A DNA stretch of 64,000 bases, taken from the NCBI GenBank assembly GCA_043228905.1, contig JBHGNT010000002.1, positions 24,490,001-24,554,000 on the forward strand, given 5' to 3'. Source of the DNA: Azolla caroliniana. Its lineage: Eukaryota; Plantae; Polypodiophyta. The translations under genes were made by a program, and so were the position numbers. Of this stretch, positions 11,601 to 25,856 are shown in pieces; position 1 is the stretch's first letter; each line of letters opens with the position of its first letter. The notes under the pieces are model-generated. The model ran no database searches. It saw only the letters and a list, made by a program, of their open reading frames with translations, and had not been told where the DNA came from.

Positions 11601-12771
11601 AATCTTTGCTGAAATTTCTGAAAAAGTTCAATTTGAGTGACTTGGTGAAGAAATCCTACAGTTGCTCAGTAAATTGGATAATCTAATCCACGAATAATCC
11701 AACAAATCTCATTCGCGAGATTGGTTGGATTATTAGGCAGAATCCATATATGTGGGTATCCTTATGTGTGGGACGTTGTATGACGAAAACCTTCACAGTG
11801 TGGAGCAACATTGCGTTCACAGGCACTCCATTGTTAATCTCAACCATGCATTTTGCTTACAGGATAGGATGTGACATCTCTATAACAGCGTTGTTCCTAA
11901 GACCAAAGAGCACCACGTTTTCCAGTGTACAAACCAATTACAAGGTATGTTGGTGTTTCCATGGTCTCTTTAGGAGAATTTCTCCCCAAACCTCAGATGA
12001 TGAAATTGTCTGATAGAGATGACTAGGAATATTTCTACTGGAGACATGTGCAGACATATAGAGGTCCTGCTAGGGGGCAGCTGCACATGATAAAAATTAC
12101 CTTTGTAAACAACCTCATACAATGGATACTTTTGCATAGATATTTGTCTCAAGATTTAGGATTGGCACTACATCAGATTCTGATTGTTCTGGCTGTTTGT
12201 AGATGTTAATATGGCATTCCATTCCATTCCATTTCTCTCTCATTTAAACAATACACATCATCCTATGATAGTGTTCATATGCTGATGCGCCTATATTTTA
12301 CATTGTATCATCTGCCTTGCTCGCATCCTTGGACCCTATATAATTGTATTTTGAACACAGCCTGATTGCATAGGGAAGCTACAGTGTTTAGATATAGTTC
12401 AATTTTGTTTTATTTTAGCAGCCATATTTCTACGAGTCTCCCTCCCTCCCTCTTTCTCGCCCTCTCTCTCTCTTTCACGTACTGCGAACTGGTCACTGCA
12501 ACGCCTCGGATAGAACTCAAACTTTTGGATTTTACTGACACTCTTGGGATGAACAGATTCCGATCATGTTTCTGTATTCCAAACCAATCAATCTTAATGT
12601 ACAAACACTGCAGACACAGACGCACAGAGGAAGAAAAGAACGCATTTCGTAAAAGATTAAGAAGAGAATGTATACCTGGAAAGCAAAGCTATGGCGGGAA
12701 GGAAAAGAGGTTTTTTTGTACTCTGACATGGAAGGAGCGATCCCATGAAGACCAAACGAAGAAGACGCCAT
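8684..12771 (-). CDS. BCAT: Branched-chain amino acid aminotransferase (~414 aa, probable organellar transit peptide)
   Basis: Exons 12771-12676, 12607-12483, 10974-10800, 10710-10534, 10215-10084, 9626-9528, 9419-9303, 9202-9107, 9006-8894 and 8798-8684 are all GT-AG and phase-consistent (1245 nt). Motifs [36 protein letters not shown] (catalytic Lys), [10 protein letters not shown] and [13 protein letters not shown]. Confidence 0.95.
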
Positions 12772-12839
12772 AGTCTCGCTTTTCTCTGTCACTGTCACTT
12801 CTCTGTCTCTCTCAATTTTGAGAACGCTTTTGAGAAAAT

Positions 12840-13030
12840 GGAAATTCCCCATAATACCCCTCCCACGTATTTAACAGTAATTACCCAAAAAAATACCCCT
12901 CTCTCGTACTTAATCGTAATTCCTGAAATACCCCCTTGGATTTAAAGAGTAATTCCTGAAATACCCCTCTCCCCCACTATATAATGATCGTTCCTGAAAT
13001 ACCCCTCTTCTATATTTAATGGTAATTATT
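12840..13030. mobile_element. Mutator-like TIR remnant
   Basis: Starts GGAAATTCCCCATAATACCCC and has five spaced AATACCCCT units, three of them as TTCCTGAAATACCCC. No partner TIR found. Confidence 0.5.
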
Positions 13031-13869
13031 GAAATAATGAGGATAAATACCAAACTACCCCATCCCCACTCATGTTTAAAAAGTGATATATATTGAAAGT
13101 GTGCCCCGCCATTTGCAAACATATTGGTACATTAACGAAAGGACATGTCAAGACAAATTTTGGTGCCAATTAGCAAGAAGGCGAGATGGTTGTCATGGAT
13201 GATGCTTGATGGAATTTGGTGTCATGGGATGGAGTGAAGAAGAGTTTAGGTTTCATATTAGGGAGTGTAACAAACAGGATAATCTTCTAGTTGTTGTCAT
13301 GTAGTTATTGTCTTATACAACTTATTAATGACGAGAGGATGAGTGGTGAGGGTGTGGGGGTTGAAGCAAATATATGAGGGGATGAGGAAACTTTATATTT
13401 TATGTGTGTAGTCATGGAAGTTTTTATAGTTGGTAAGGATGAATGATGGTGTTGACGGGGGATTGAAGCGCATGTTTAGGAGGGGATACACACAATACAT
13501 TTATGCTATTGTTGTTTATACAGGTTTTAGGAGCTGAACGAATAGATGGGTGACGTAGAAATGAAGCACATTGTTGATGTGCAAAATGAAGAGATTAGGA
13601 GGAGTATCACGACAGGTTCAAAATGGTATAAATTGAGATAGGTGATGTGGTATTAAAGCAATTTGTCTAGTTTTTAGAGATGTGAGAATGGTGGTGGTAT
13701 GGGCTGAAGCAAGGTTTGATGTGGGGGCATGTTTTAATTTCATGGTGATGATTGATGATGGCGGTAAGAATTGAAGCATGTGTCATGTTTTGTTGTTGTT
13801 TGTTTGATAGGACCTTCATGGTAATCGGTTAATAGGTGAGATGTTGGATGGGACTGAATGAAGCAATTT

Positions 13870-14275
13870 TTTATGTGATAAGGATAAGTGAAGACGGTGG
13901 GGGGGTCGAAGCCGATTATGATGAGTGGGTGAGGAAACTTGTAAACTGTTTTTGTGTTGTTAATACAGGTTTTGCGTGGACATTGACAAGATGCTAGTCG
14001 ACGAGTTGGCTGATGTGGACTAAAGGAAGAATTTTTATGAGATAAGGATGAGTGAAGATGGTGGTGGGTCGAAATTGAATAGCACGAGTGGGTGAGGGAA
14101 TTTTTATACTGAGTTCTGTTGATTATGCAGGATTTTAGTGGACTTTGGCAAGATGCTGCAACATGCTAATCGCCGAGATGGTTGAAGTGGACTGTATGAA
14201 GCATTTTTCTTGTTATGAGGATGAGTGAAGATGGTGGTGACGTCGAAGCATACTATAGAGAGTGGGTGAGGAAAA
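13870..14275. repeat. Degenerate ~170-bp repeats x3
   Basis: GGAT(A/G)AGTGAAGA(C/T)GGTGG..GTCGAA..GAGTGGGTGAGG recurs near 13880, 14045 and 14220. Confidence 0.6.
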
Positions 14276-15350
14276 CTTTAGATTAACTGCTTGTGTTAAT
14301 ACAGAATGTTTATGGATAGTGCCAACTTATCAAACAATTATGTGGGTTAAAAAAAGACAAAGGCTTCACATGCTTATAACACTGGACAATGGAAGTATGC
14401 AACCCACAATCTTTAAACCAGGGGGACATATAGTTTGCATTCAGTATGGAGGCCTTGACAATCTTCTCGAGGCATCAAACAAAGAGAAAAACAGAGGGTA
14501 TTGGGATCTTGAATGGAACATCCCTCGAGGACTCCCAGAACGGGTGAAAGAAGATGGCTATTTACAGCCTGCAACATGTTATGGAGATTGAAGGTTCTTG
14601 ATTGCATAACAAAAGGGTATAAATTGCATTTTACCTCGTTTGGTAGACCTTTGTGGAAGCTTTTTATAGAACAATTTTTAGATTGATTGTTTACTTTACT
14701 CTATGCTGGAGTCAAAACTTTTCATCAAAACTTTTGTTTTTTCAACCAGCATCTTATAAAGATGTTTTGGGGAAATTTTTGTATGTTGTTATGACTTTTC
14801 TAAATACTAATGGAAGTATACTTTCTTTTGACAAAGGCACCAAACTTGTTCCGTTGCCAAAATATGTTCTTGCAAATGAAAAATATTAGTATTCGTTCCA
14901 ATAAGTCTTCTGCCATATTCTACCAAATATGTATCCAATACTTTATGAGCGATCTTAGATGAGGGACATGCCCAGGAAAAATGAAAGGAATAGATTGAAA
15001 CAACATCCATACAAACTAAAAGAATACTTTGAACTTGTTGGGTATTTGGTATAGTACCCCTTAATATACAACAGAGGAGAATGTATTCTAGGTATCCAAC
15101 TTTGTGAAGAATCTTTTAAACATCCAAACATAATCGAAATCAATTTAAAAAATGTGTCTCTTGTATTAGAGACCTTAGTTTTAAATCGTCAATAAAGTTA
15201 ATGAACCAAAGGCTAGCTAATAACAAAGTTGATTACCACTAGCAATAATTTGATGTTGCTTTTAGAATGGTGTTGGGTAACACAATAATCAATGTGTATT
15301 GGAAGCAATGAGAACAACATTTCCAAATCACATAACCGATGTCTAATGAC

Positions 15351-15720
15351 AATGATACATGATGTTACTCAATAGGAGCACTACAACAAGTGGATGCTAG
15401 ACATAACACTAAACAAGGTGTTCAAATACATTGCACATGTGCACGTTTGAATGAAGCATGATACAATATTGGAGTTTGAAAAAGATTTATGGACATAACT
15501 ACAAAGATGATTTGCAATAATAGTAGGATGTCAATGATACACGATGTTACTCAATAGGAGCATTATGACAAGTGGATGTTGGACATAGGACTCTACAAGG
15601 TGTTCAGATACATCGCACATGTGCGTGTTTGAATGAAGCATGATGCTATATTGGAGTTTGAAGAAGATTTATGGACATGTCACATGACTATGAACATGAT
15701 TTGAAACAATACTAGGATGT
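15351..15720. repeat. 2 x ~182-bp tandem duplication
   Basis: GATGTTACTCAATAGGAGCA at 15361 and 15543. Confidence 0.85.
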
Positions 15721-15960
15721 CAAGAAGAAACAACATTGTGGATCAAAGGAAGAGAAATCGAAACAAAGCAACAATAAAGACATAAAAGAACAAACAATCT
15801 CCGTGTTTAGCAACTTGAGCACGTGGAATACAAATAAAACTGAAAGAGATCGACTCAAAGCCAAATAAATCCTATCACAACTCATGCACGTGGATTACAA
15901 ATCAAGTTGAAAAAGATCGTGCTTGGAGTTTATTGATCGCATACTTTTAATGGTATCACA

Positions 15961-16221
15961 CATAGTACGTAATGTTCGTGTTCGTTAGCCCAAACATTCA
16001 TTTTCATACGTATGCAAACGAATGCGTATGTTATTAAAACATTCGTATGTGTGTTTTTTACGCTTTTTACCTTAATTGTCTTACTCTAAATAAAAATTAC
16101 CTTATAATAAATAATGAGTGCAAAAGTATGGTATCTACCATACTTCGAGGGGTTATTTCTTATGCGAATGATAAGAATGTTCGCGGATGCGAATGCACGA
16201 ATGGTTATGCTTCATACTATG
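15961..16221. mobile_element. hAT-type MITE (261 bp)
   Basis: TIR CATAGTA(C/T)G, 8-bp TSD GTATCACA (15953-15960 and 16222-16229), and subterminal TTCG/CGAA motifs. Confidence 0.8.
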
Positions 16222-17371
16222 GTATCACACAACCTATCGTAACACCTTAAGGAAGTTCACGCTTGTCAACAACTTCTACTGGCATCGAGTGTTGAAGATT
16301 TACAATTAATATTTTATTGGATACTTGGGCAAGTCCATGTTCCATAAAACATGCATTTGCCACAATATTAAGTATTGCGATGTAGCCAAACGTGATGCCT
16401 TTGGCCTTAATTGCACTTGGAGGATGATGGATTTGCTTACTTGATAAGAAAGGATATAACTAACACGAGAGGATGGTTGTACACCTTTCCCAACTCTACA
16501 AGACAAGTGCACGCTATTGTTTAGGAGACCCACAAATAAATATGTCTCAAAACATTGTCATTGGTTTGTCTTTGAAAGCTAGGAGATTAGTTATAATTAT
16601 TCAACTTTTGATAGATTTTTAACTTGCAATAAGACGTCACAAATTCAACAATGATCGTGTGAGATATTTAGTAGGTAATTTGCATGTGAGTTCATCACAT
16701 TGTTCATCAAAATATAAAACGGAGAACCGAAAGTATTGTCATACCATTTATTGTTCATATATCATCCATCTAAATGTGAATAGACTACAAGAAAAATTAC
16801 CATGTCATTGTTTTATATCCAAACTCATAAAGCTACCAACCATGTCAACAATAAGCTTTGACCAAATGTGCATGCAAACATGAATAGAGAACCCAAAACA
16901 TTGTCGTTACAACCAACTATTCACTACCATGTTACAATCACATCCTTATATATTTTGTCCATCTAACAGATCCAAAACATTGGCATGCCATGTCGAGCAA
17001 CCCACCATTGACAACTATATCAGCACTTGGTCCCTACCTCCGTCCACCCAATCTATTAATGAAGCTGAACTAGGTCATTTAATTTTTTTCCAACCAATCC
17101 TATTTCGCCATGTCAACACGACGCCCTTACGGGGGATCGTAAAAGAATGGCCATGGCCTTTAATTTGCAACCAATGCACTACTGACGTTTCAGCAAAATC
17201 GCTACACATATTTTGAAGCACTACTACCACGGCGATTGGTTTTGAGACCAAATCTGGATTGCACGCACATGACTGTTCTCCCGTCCGTCCGTCCAAATGT
17301 GAACACGAAAAACAAAGTACAAAGAGTAAGAGATCCACACGCATTCGCTCTTTTCTTTTCTCTCTTCCGCC

Positions 17372-17379
17372 AAACCCTA
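17372..17379 (+). promoter_or_regulatory. Telo-box near the RPS15a 5' end
   Basis: AAACCCTA lies within a pyrimidine-rich leader. A 5'UTR intron is likely (donor GCAG|GTAAGC at 17432, acceptor at 17713). Confidence 0.6.
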
Positions 17380-17730
17380 GTTTTACTCCGTTTCTTCTTC
17401 TTCTTCTTCGCCGTTTCCTTTCGCCTTCGCAGGTAAGCTATGGAAAAACACATGTCCGAATCTTGATATTCTGGTCTTGTTTTGTTTTTTTCCACTGTTT
17501 CCCCCTCTTCTTCTTCTTCTTCTTCTTCTTCTTCTGATATTGTCTTGTTAAGGCACGAACTCACAGTGTGGAGCTTCTACGATCTGCACAGTTTTTTGTT
17601 TCTGTAATTTTGTCAGTCTCGTCTTTATTTTTTCTGTGTTGTTTTCTTTATTTTATTTCGTCAGTTTCCAAATGTTCAAAATTCATTGCGTCTGAAGTTT
17701 TTTCCATCTGTAGGTCTTCCGTTGGAGAAG

Positions 17731-19889
<2,159 letters not shown>

Positions 19890-20939
19890 TGATAAAGGAA
19901 AGACTTTTTAACATTCGAAATCACCCTCATGCAGTATGTATGTTACATCTAAGATAGAGAGAAGACATACTGCCAATTTTTTTAGGGGATAATTTTTTGA
20001 GCATCAATTCTCTTTAATGTTTTAACAAGAATTTGCTAATGTCTTCTTGAATCTTAAAATATGTTCTAAGCTTATAATTTTTACCTCGCAATCTGAGAAG
20101 TGGTCATGAAAATGGATTCTGCAATGTGATGATTGGTATCAAAAACCTATTCTGCAGCCTGCTAATTTGTCATGAGAATTAATTTTGCAATCTGATGATA
20201 GTTCAAGTGCATTTTGCAATGCTATAATCTTAATCTGAGTATGAATTAAGTAAGCAGTTGGATAATGATATAAATGGTTCGACCCAACTTGATTCCTTCT
20301 CTGTTGGTGTGATCTTATGAATGGTTTAGGAAAGGGCACTAATTCCTGGATGAAAAGTGGTAATTAGGTTAAAGTTAAGAATCTAACTGCAACTATGGAT
20401 TTTGACCTGGAGTGTTATTTAACTACAATGTGTTTCATTCAAATCATATTCAATGTATCATTGTGATCAATCAATGTGCTGTTATTGTGTATATTTTTAT
20501 GTTCAATGACATTTTGGAGGCTTATATCGTGAAACATGTCTCACTGGGTAGATAAAACACCTATCACCTCGTTAATTATCTGAATTTGGTTAGGTCTTAA
20601 GAATGCCAATTTCGTTTAGGGCTGCAGTGTGGATACTGAGTTGATGTGTCAGACAAATTAAAAACTTGATATTAAAGCTGTGCTTCTAAAAGTATTTGAT
20701 CTTGGTGAAAGAGGTTTCTTTGATCGTTTTTATGCAAAACATGGGAGAACATCAGAGAACTGTGCAATTTGTATGTTGAAAAATAATTGCTGCAACATAA
20801 TATGCGAACATAATACAAATACAGTACTATAATGAGCAGTCTTCCATGAAAAAGAGTGACACACTACATTACTTTGTCTTTGAATGTGATTGACACTGTG
20901 ATACATCCGCCCCTTGGAATTTTGTGTGTTTGATGAAAG

Positions 20940-21223
20940 TCAAAATGTGGGTTTTTACTTTTAGTAATTTACGTGTCAAATATTTCCAAACATATGCCAA
21001 ATTACTGTCATAACAATCTTTTTCAAAATGTGGGTTTTCAATATTTCCAAACGTATGCCAAATTACTGTCATAACAATCTTTTTCAAAATGTGGGTTTTC
21101 AATATTTCCAAACGTATGCCAAATTACTGTAATAACAATCTTTTTCAAAATGTGGGTTTTCAATATTTCCAAACATATGCCAAATTACTGTCATAACAAT
21201 CTTTTTAGTGATTTACATGTCAA
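20940..21223. repeat. 61-bp minisatellite, ~3.7 copies
   Basis: ATATTTCCAAAC at 20980, 21041, 21102 and 21163. Confidence 0.95.
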
Positions 21224-21812
21224 CTAAAGGGAAACCTTAAATCATGTGAAACGTTGGCAACTAAGGAAAAACCTATCCAGGAATGCATAGGCTAAACTTC
21301 TCAAGATTCACCCAGAAAAACCTAGTCACCGCTAAAACCTTAGAAAGCTTATCTTCTAGGCTAACCTCAAATATCTCCATTACAACAATAGAAAGTTTAT
21401 CTTCGAGAACCACTTCCAGGTTTAGCTGAAAATAATGCCGCACAGTGTGTAGAGGGCATGCATACACATCAATTATTGAGATCCAAAAACACAAAAATCA
21501 TATTATCAGCACAAACTTGATCCTTCAGGTGTGTGAGAATTATACAACACTGATGAAGATGAAAAGATAGGAAGAAAGATATGCTTAGATATTGATGACA
21601 GCAGGGTTTACCATTTCAACCCAATTACTGGCTCTCAATGGTATGCTATTATCAGTTTGCATAGGATGACTAGGAATTGACAGTTCCTACCCTCTGAAAC
21701 ACAGTTTTACAGGACACATTAACGTCCCGTTGTTTGAGAGAGTACAATATATATTTATTTATTTATATATGCATTTTAATGTATACTTTAGCAATGAGTT
21801 GCCTAATCATAT

Positions 21813-24800
21813 TTAGCCAGAGCAAGAAACTGATGAGGACGATTGCTGTCTTTTCCTCCTAGCTTTGATCATTTGCTGGCGTATCTTAGCTTGAATCTCA
21901 TCATCAAGGTTTTCATCAACAGAACTTTGGGCTTGTGCGGAGATTCCTGTAATTAATGGCAAAGTTACCTAAAGAGGAAGGTTTAATTAAACCACAAATG
22001 CATTATATAAAATCTTATAATTACCTCGTTCTACTGTTTCCTCTTCCATTTCGAATGTTAGCACACTGATCGAATTTTTCTGCTGTTGTAAAATTCAGAG
22101 AAACTCTAGGTTAATCGAATTTTCGAATGTATGTATATAAAGTCTTATTGAATCTCCTCAAAGTGGAAAAACTCTCTACCTTTGAACTTGTGACCTTTGT
22201 TCTCATTGCAGCTGATGCGCTGTTTTTGGCCACTTGATGTTCAGGAGGAGGGCATTTTCTCTTGATTATCCATCCTTTTTCATCATGATTTATTGGAGAG
22301 AGATTACTTGAATCTAAATTGATCGGGCAGTCTGAAACTTTTCCTTTATTTAATCGTGTAGATGGTCTTGCACGTTTCTTGATAGCCACCTCGTTTTTTG
22401 ATTCCATTTGCTGAGAACTAGCTGATCTTTTGTATCTTCTTTTAGGTTGCTTTGATGAATCTAATTTTTCTTTCATTAATGAGTTTAGTTTCAGAGTCTT
22501 TGACATGTCTGTGTTTCCAAGCTTAGATGTGTCGTTCACAAGCATTGGTGAGTCTTTGGAAAGTATCTGCGTGTCCTTCTCAGGCATTGATGAGTCTTTC
22601 CATTGCTTTGATGAGTCTTTCACTGGCTTTGATAAGTCTTTCCTTGGCTTCGAAGATTCTTTTCTGTATTTATATCACCAGCCTCTTATAATTAGAACAC
22701 AAGATCTTATGCAATGTACTAGGAACTGACCTTAGGTACGATGAGTCAACAATAAAAATAGCAAAAACACTCCCTCTCTTACCTCTGATTAGACACAGGC
22801 AACTTGCTTTTTTGTGACGCTACCTGTTAGTAAATTAGAACAGGGAAGTAACATGTTGGATCAAATGTAACTATATGTAGCATCAGATAAAGATCGTGAT
22901 GTAATCCTGTGAAACCTCTAGTGATGGAATTATAATCTGTATACAGAATTAAGAAAGGTAACCTCAGCACCATCAACAAAAGCATATGGATTAATTCTAT
23001 TCATTGCGGACCACCCTTCCATCTGTGTAGATCTTATACATTCACGTACTGTCTGGACTTTCCCAAATAACCAGTTTGAGCATTCTGAAACTCATAAGAC
23101 CATTTCCATAATTATCACAATTCATGAAATCTTATGTAAGAAGGCACCTGTAACTCATCATGAATACAAGTGAATAAATCCGACTTGACCATTGTGAGAT
23201 GTTGCATGAAAGCGGTTGGAAGCATCTCAAGCTTATTTGAGAGCTTTTCTAAGCTGGTTGCATAGTCTTCCTTTTCTGAGAGTTGCTTCAAACTTATGGT
23301 AATGGTCTCTCTAAACTTCTCTTCTTCCTTTAGCTAGAAAAATCATTCACCAGAAAGCATAATAATGATTTCTCTCAGCCATGTTGACCAGTGGAAAATG
23401 TGGTAGGAAACTGATAACCTTTCAAAGATCAACAGAAATAGCATGCTTGCAACGATACTAAGACCAAGAACTGTATGGAACTCTCTTGAAGCATCACTTT
23501 TTCCTTGATTCCTTCGGCTGTATGAAAAAACCAGAATATATACCACCATTGATCACTTCTGATAAAACAAAAGAATCGGAAATCATATTTCAATATTGAA
23601 GGATGCCTTTATATAAGAGCTGCAAATTGTCTGAGATTCACATACACTCCATGGAGGCGTTATTGGCATCTCTTGAAATCTTATGCAGATCACCAACTAA
23701 GGAATCCAGCACAGTAATGATTTTGCTTAGATCTTCAGTCAAAGTTTCTAATCGTTTTTCCACTTCCTTAGAAGGAAAACCTGAAGTTCATTTTCCTCTA
23801 TAAATATCCATGAAAAACTGACAATGTAATGAACAATCATGAGTAGATTCATCACACAGAGAAAAATCCTTCGATCTTACTGTTAATAATTTCTGGTAAA
23901 GAGCTACTGTTCAATTTCTGGATCAGGTTAGTAGCTCTAGGTGCCGATAAGGCCAACTTCGTTGTTCTAACATTTCCTTCATCACGATCACATTGAGAAG
24001 AATTATGAGGAGGAACTCCTGCTATTGCTGATCTATTGCTTCTCCACTGCAGCTTCAGAAAAAAAGAAAGAAAAAACAGATGATGTTATAAAGAGCTTCA
24101 ACGGTCACAAAATCAGAAAAAAAAAGAAAACGAATGTAATTGAAGAGCTCCAAAATTAAACATGAAGAATTTTTGGCTCACAATTACACATTGAAACAAC
24201 CACTATTTACAAAATCAAATAGAGACATAACGTAATGAATTGACTGAGGAGCTCATACTCCTCGATGGAAAGGGAGAGGAACGTAAATCAAAGAAACATA
24301 ACTCGTTCATACTTCTTCCAATAAAGAGGAGCAAGGCTCATCCTGTGAGATTTGAGAGAAAGGCTGAGAGAAGACATTGTTGAATCCTTGTGAAAAGGAT
24401 TGTTGGCTTTGCGATCCTCCAGAGTTATATAAATGAAGTGGTTGAGGTTGTCTGTTAATTATACTATTTGGCTGAATAATTGCATTATCCCTTTGGTTAT
24501 TATAACTAGAACTAGCAAATTTCCCCTGGTTGCGTCGACCATTATATGCAGACCTGCAATAATATAATGATTCAAGAGATGGGAATTACATCTTTTAAAT
24601 CATTCAACAACTATGCAGATAAATTAATGGAACCTTTGCAATTGCAGAGAAACTAAACTGATTCCTTAGCTCAACTAAAGAGAAAAGATTGTACTCGATG
24701 ATTAAAGCAAAAGGAAGCAAGACATTCAATGAAAAGGTACATCAATCCATGCAAAAGGAAGACAGAGATCAGTTTTGATCCATTCATAACAGAATGAAAT

Positions 24801-25856
24801 CATGCACATTAAATGGTATCTTATAAATTTGCAGAGAAACTAAAAGGTTTCTCCAGATAAGCTAAGTCAACAGATCAAACACATTCAGTCAGTGCAAATG
24901 GAAACGAATGGCATCGTTTGAAGATCTCGGAAAAATGAAGATAAAGAGTGACCCCTAAGTCTGACAACCAGTAAATCAATCACTGTGAAAGGAATTAGCT
25001 GCAAATTCATCACTCCATCAACATGAGAAAATATTGAAACAAAACTAATGGCAGCTTTTGCTGATAAATGACATTCATTGAACCAAAATGTGTGCGTACA
25101 TGTGTATATCTTCATTCAGAATAGAAGGAAACAAAGAATCATCGTTCCATTGACAAAACATATTATGTAGACGAAATTGCATCTTTAGCAGTTGAATTTT
25201 ATATATGGATTTAGCAAGAATGCAACGTTGCAAGAGAGTAAATACAACTAAAAATGGCAACTTTTGCCGAGCTAATTCAATAAGTATTGTTGTACATTGG
25301 GAAGAATCAAGCTTTCCTCAGACGAAGAAAAATATACAATCAATGTTCCGATCAAAACCTGAAACAAAGAAATAGATCTTTCCATAAAACAACGCCTAAA
25401 AATCCAAATTAGATCTGTGTAAAATAGGAGTCTAGAAAAATACTTCTGTATAGCATAAAAAAATGATGTCTCCTAAGTAAAAGAAGAACAAAGTCTAAGC
25501 ACGAACATAGGATACAAGAATATTTACAGTGAATTGATGTTGCTAATTAATTGACGAACAAATCCATCAGAGAGAAGAAGAAGGATGCACAATAAATCGT
25601 GACAGATAACTTGGAGCTTTGATGATGTGAAGGAATAATTGAAGGAAAATGATAATCCGTTAATTCGAAATTACCTGATGAATGCATACATTTAAGCCAT
25701 ACCACTATCATCATATACGGAAAAAGAGAAACTAACATTCGAGAGAGAGAAAACGAGATACCTGTCCTGATGCTGATGATGATATGGATTAGGGTAGACG
25801 GAGAGAGAAGCGAGGTCTGCTGGAGAAGGTCTGTTGATTCTGAGCTTGTTCGCCAT
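21813..25856 (-). CDS. PRD3: PRD3/PAIR1-like meiotic recombination initiation protein (~562 aa)
   Basis: Exons 25856-25762, 24553-24313, 24052-23881, 23780-23646, 23517-23465, 23333-23148, 23052-22963, 22823-22783, 22663-22180, 22082-22025 and 21946-21813 are phase-consistent (1689 nt). N-terminal KLRINR..ADLASLSVYP, SQSQQSFSQG, coiled coil EVEKRLETL..IITVLDSLVGDL and C-terminal IKARRKR match the PRD3/PAIR1 motif order as I recall it. Confidence 0.82.

Noticed and set aside
11500-12010. Possible nested gene in BCAT intron 2
   Set aside because: Coding-like but with stops and no motif I can recognise.
14262-15143. ORF cluster between BCAT and RPS15a
   Set aside because: No recognisable domain or consistent exon chain. 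Probably TE internal debris.
17202-17564. Glu/Lys-rich and Phe-rich ORFs
   Set aside because: They translate (CTT)n microsatellites in the RPS15a leader and intron.
20869-21223. ORF or CRISPR-like array
   Set aside because: Head-to-tail minisatellite with no spacers, in a eukaryotic context.
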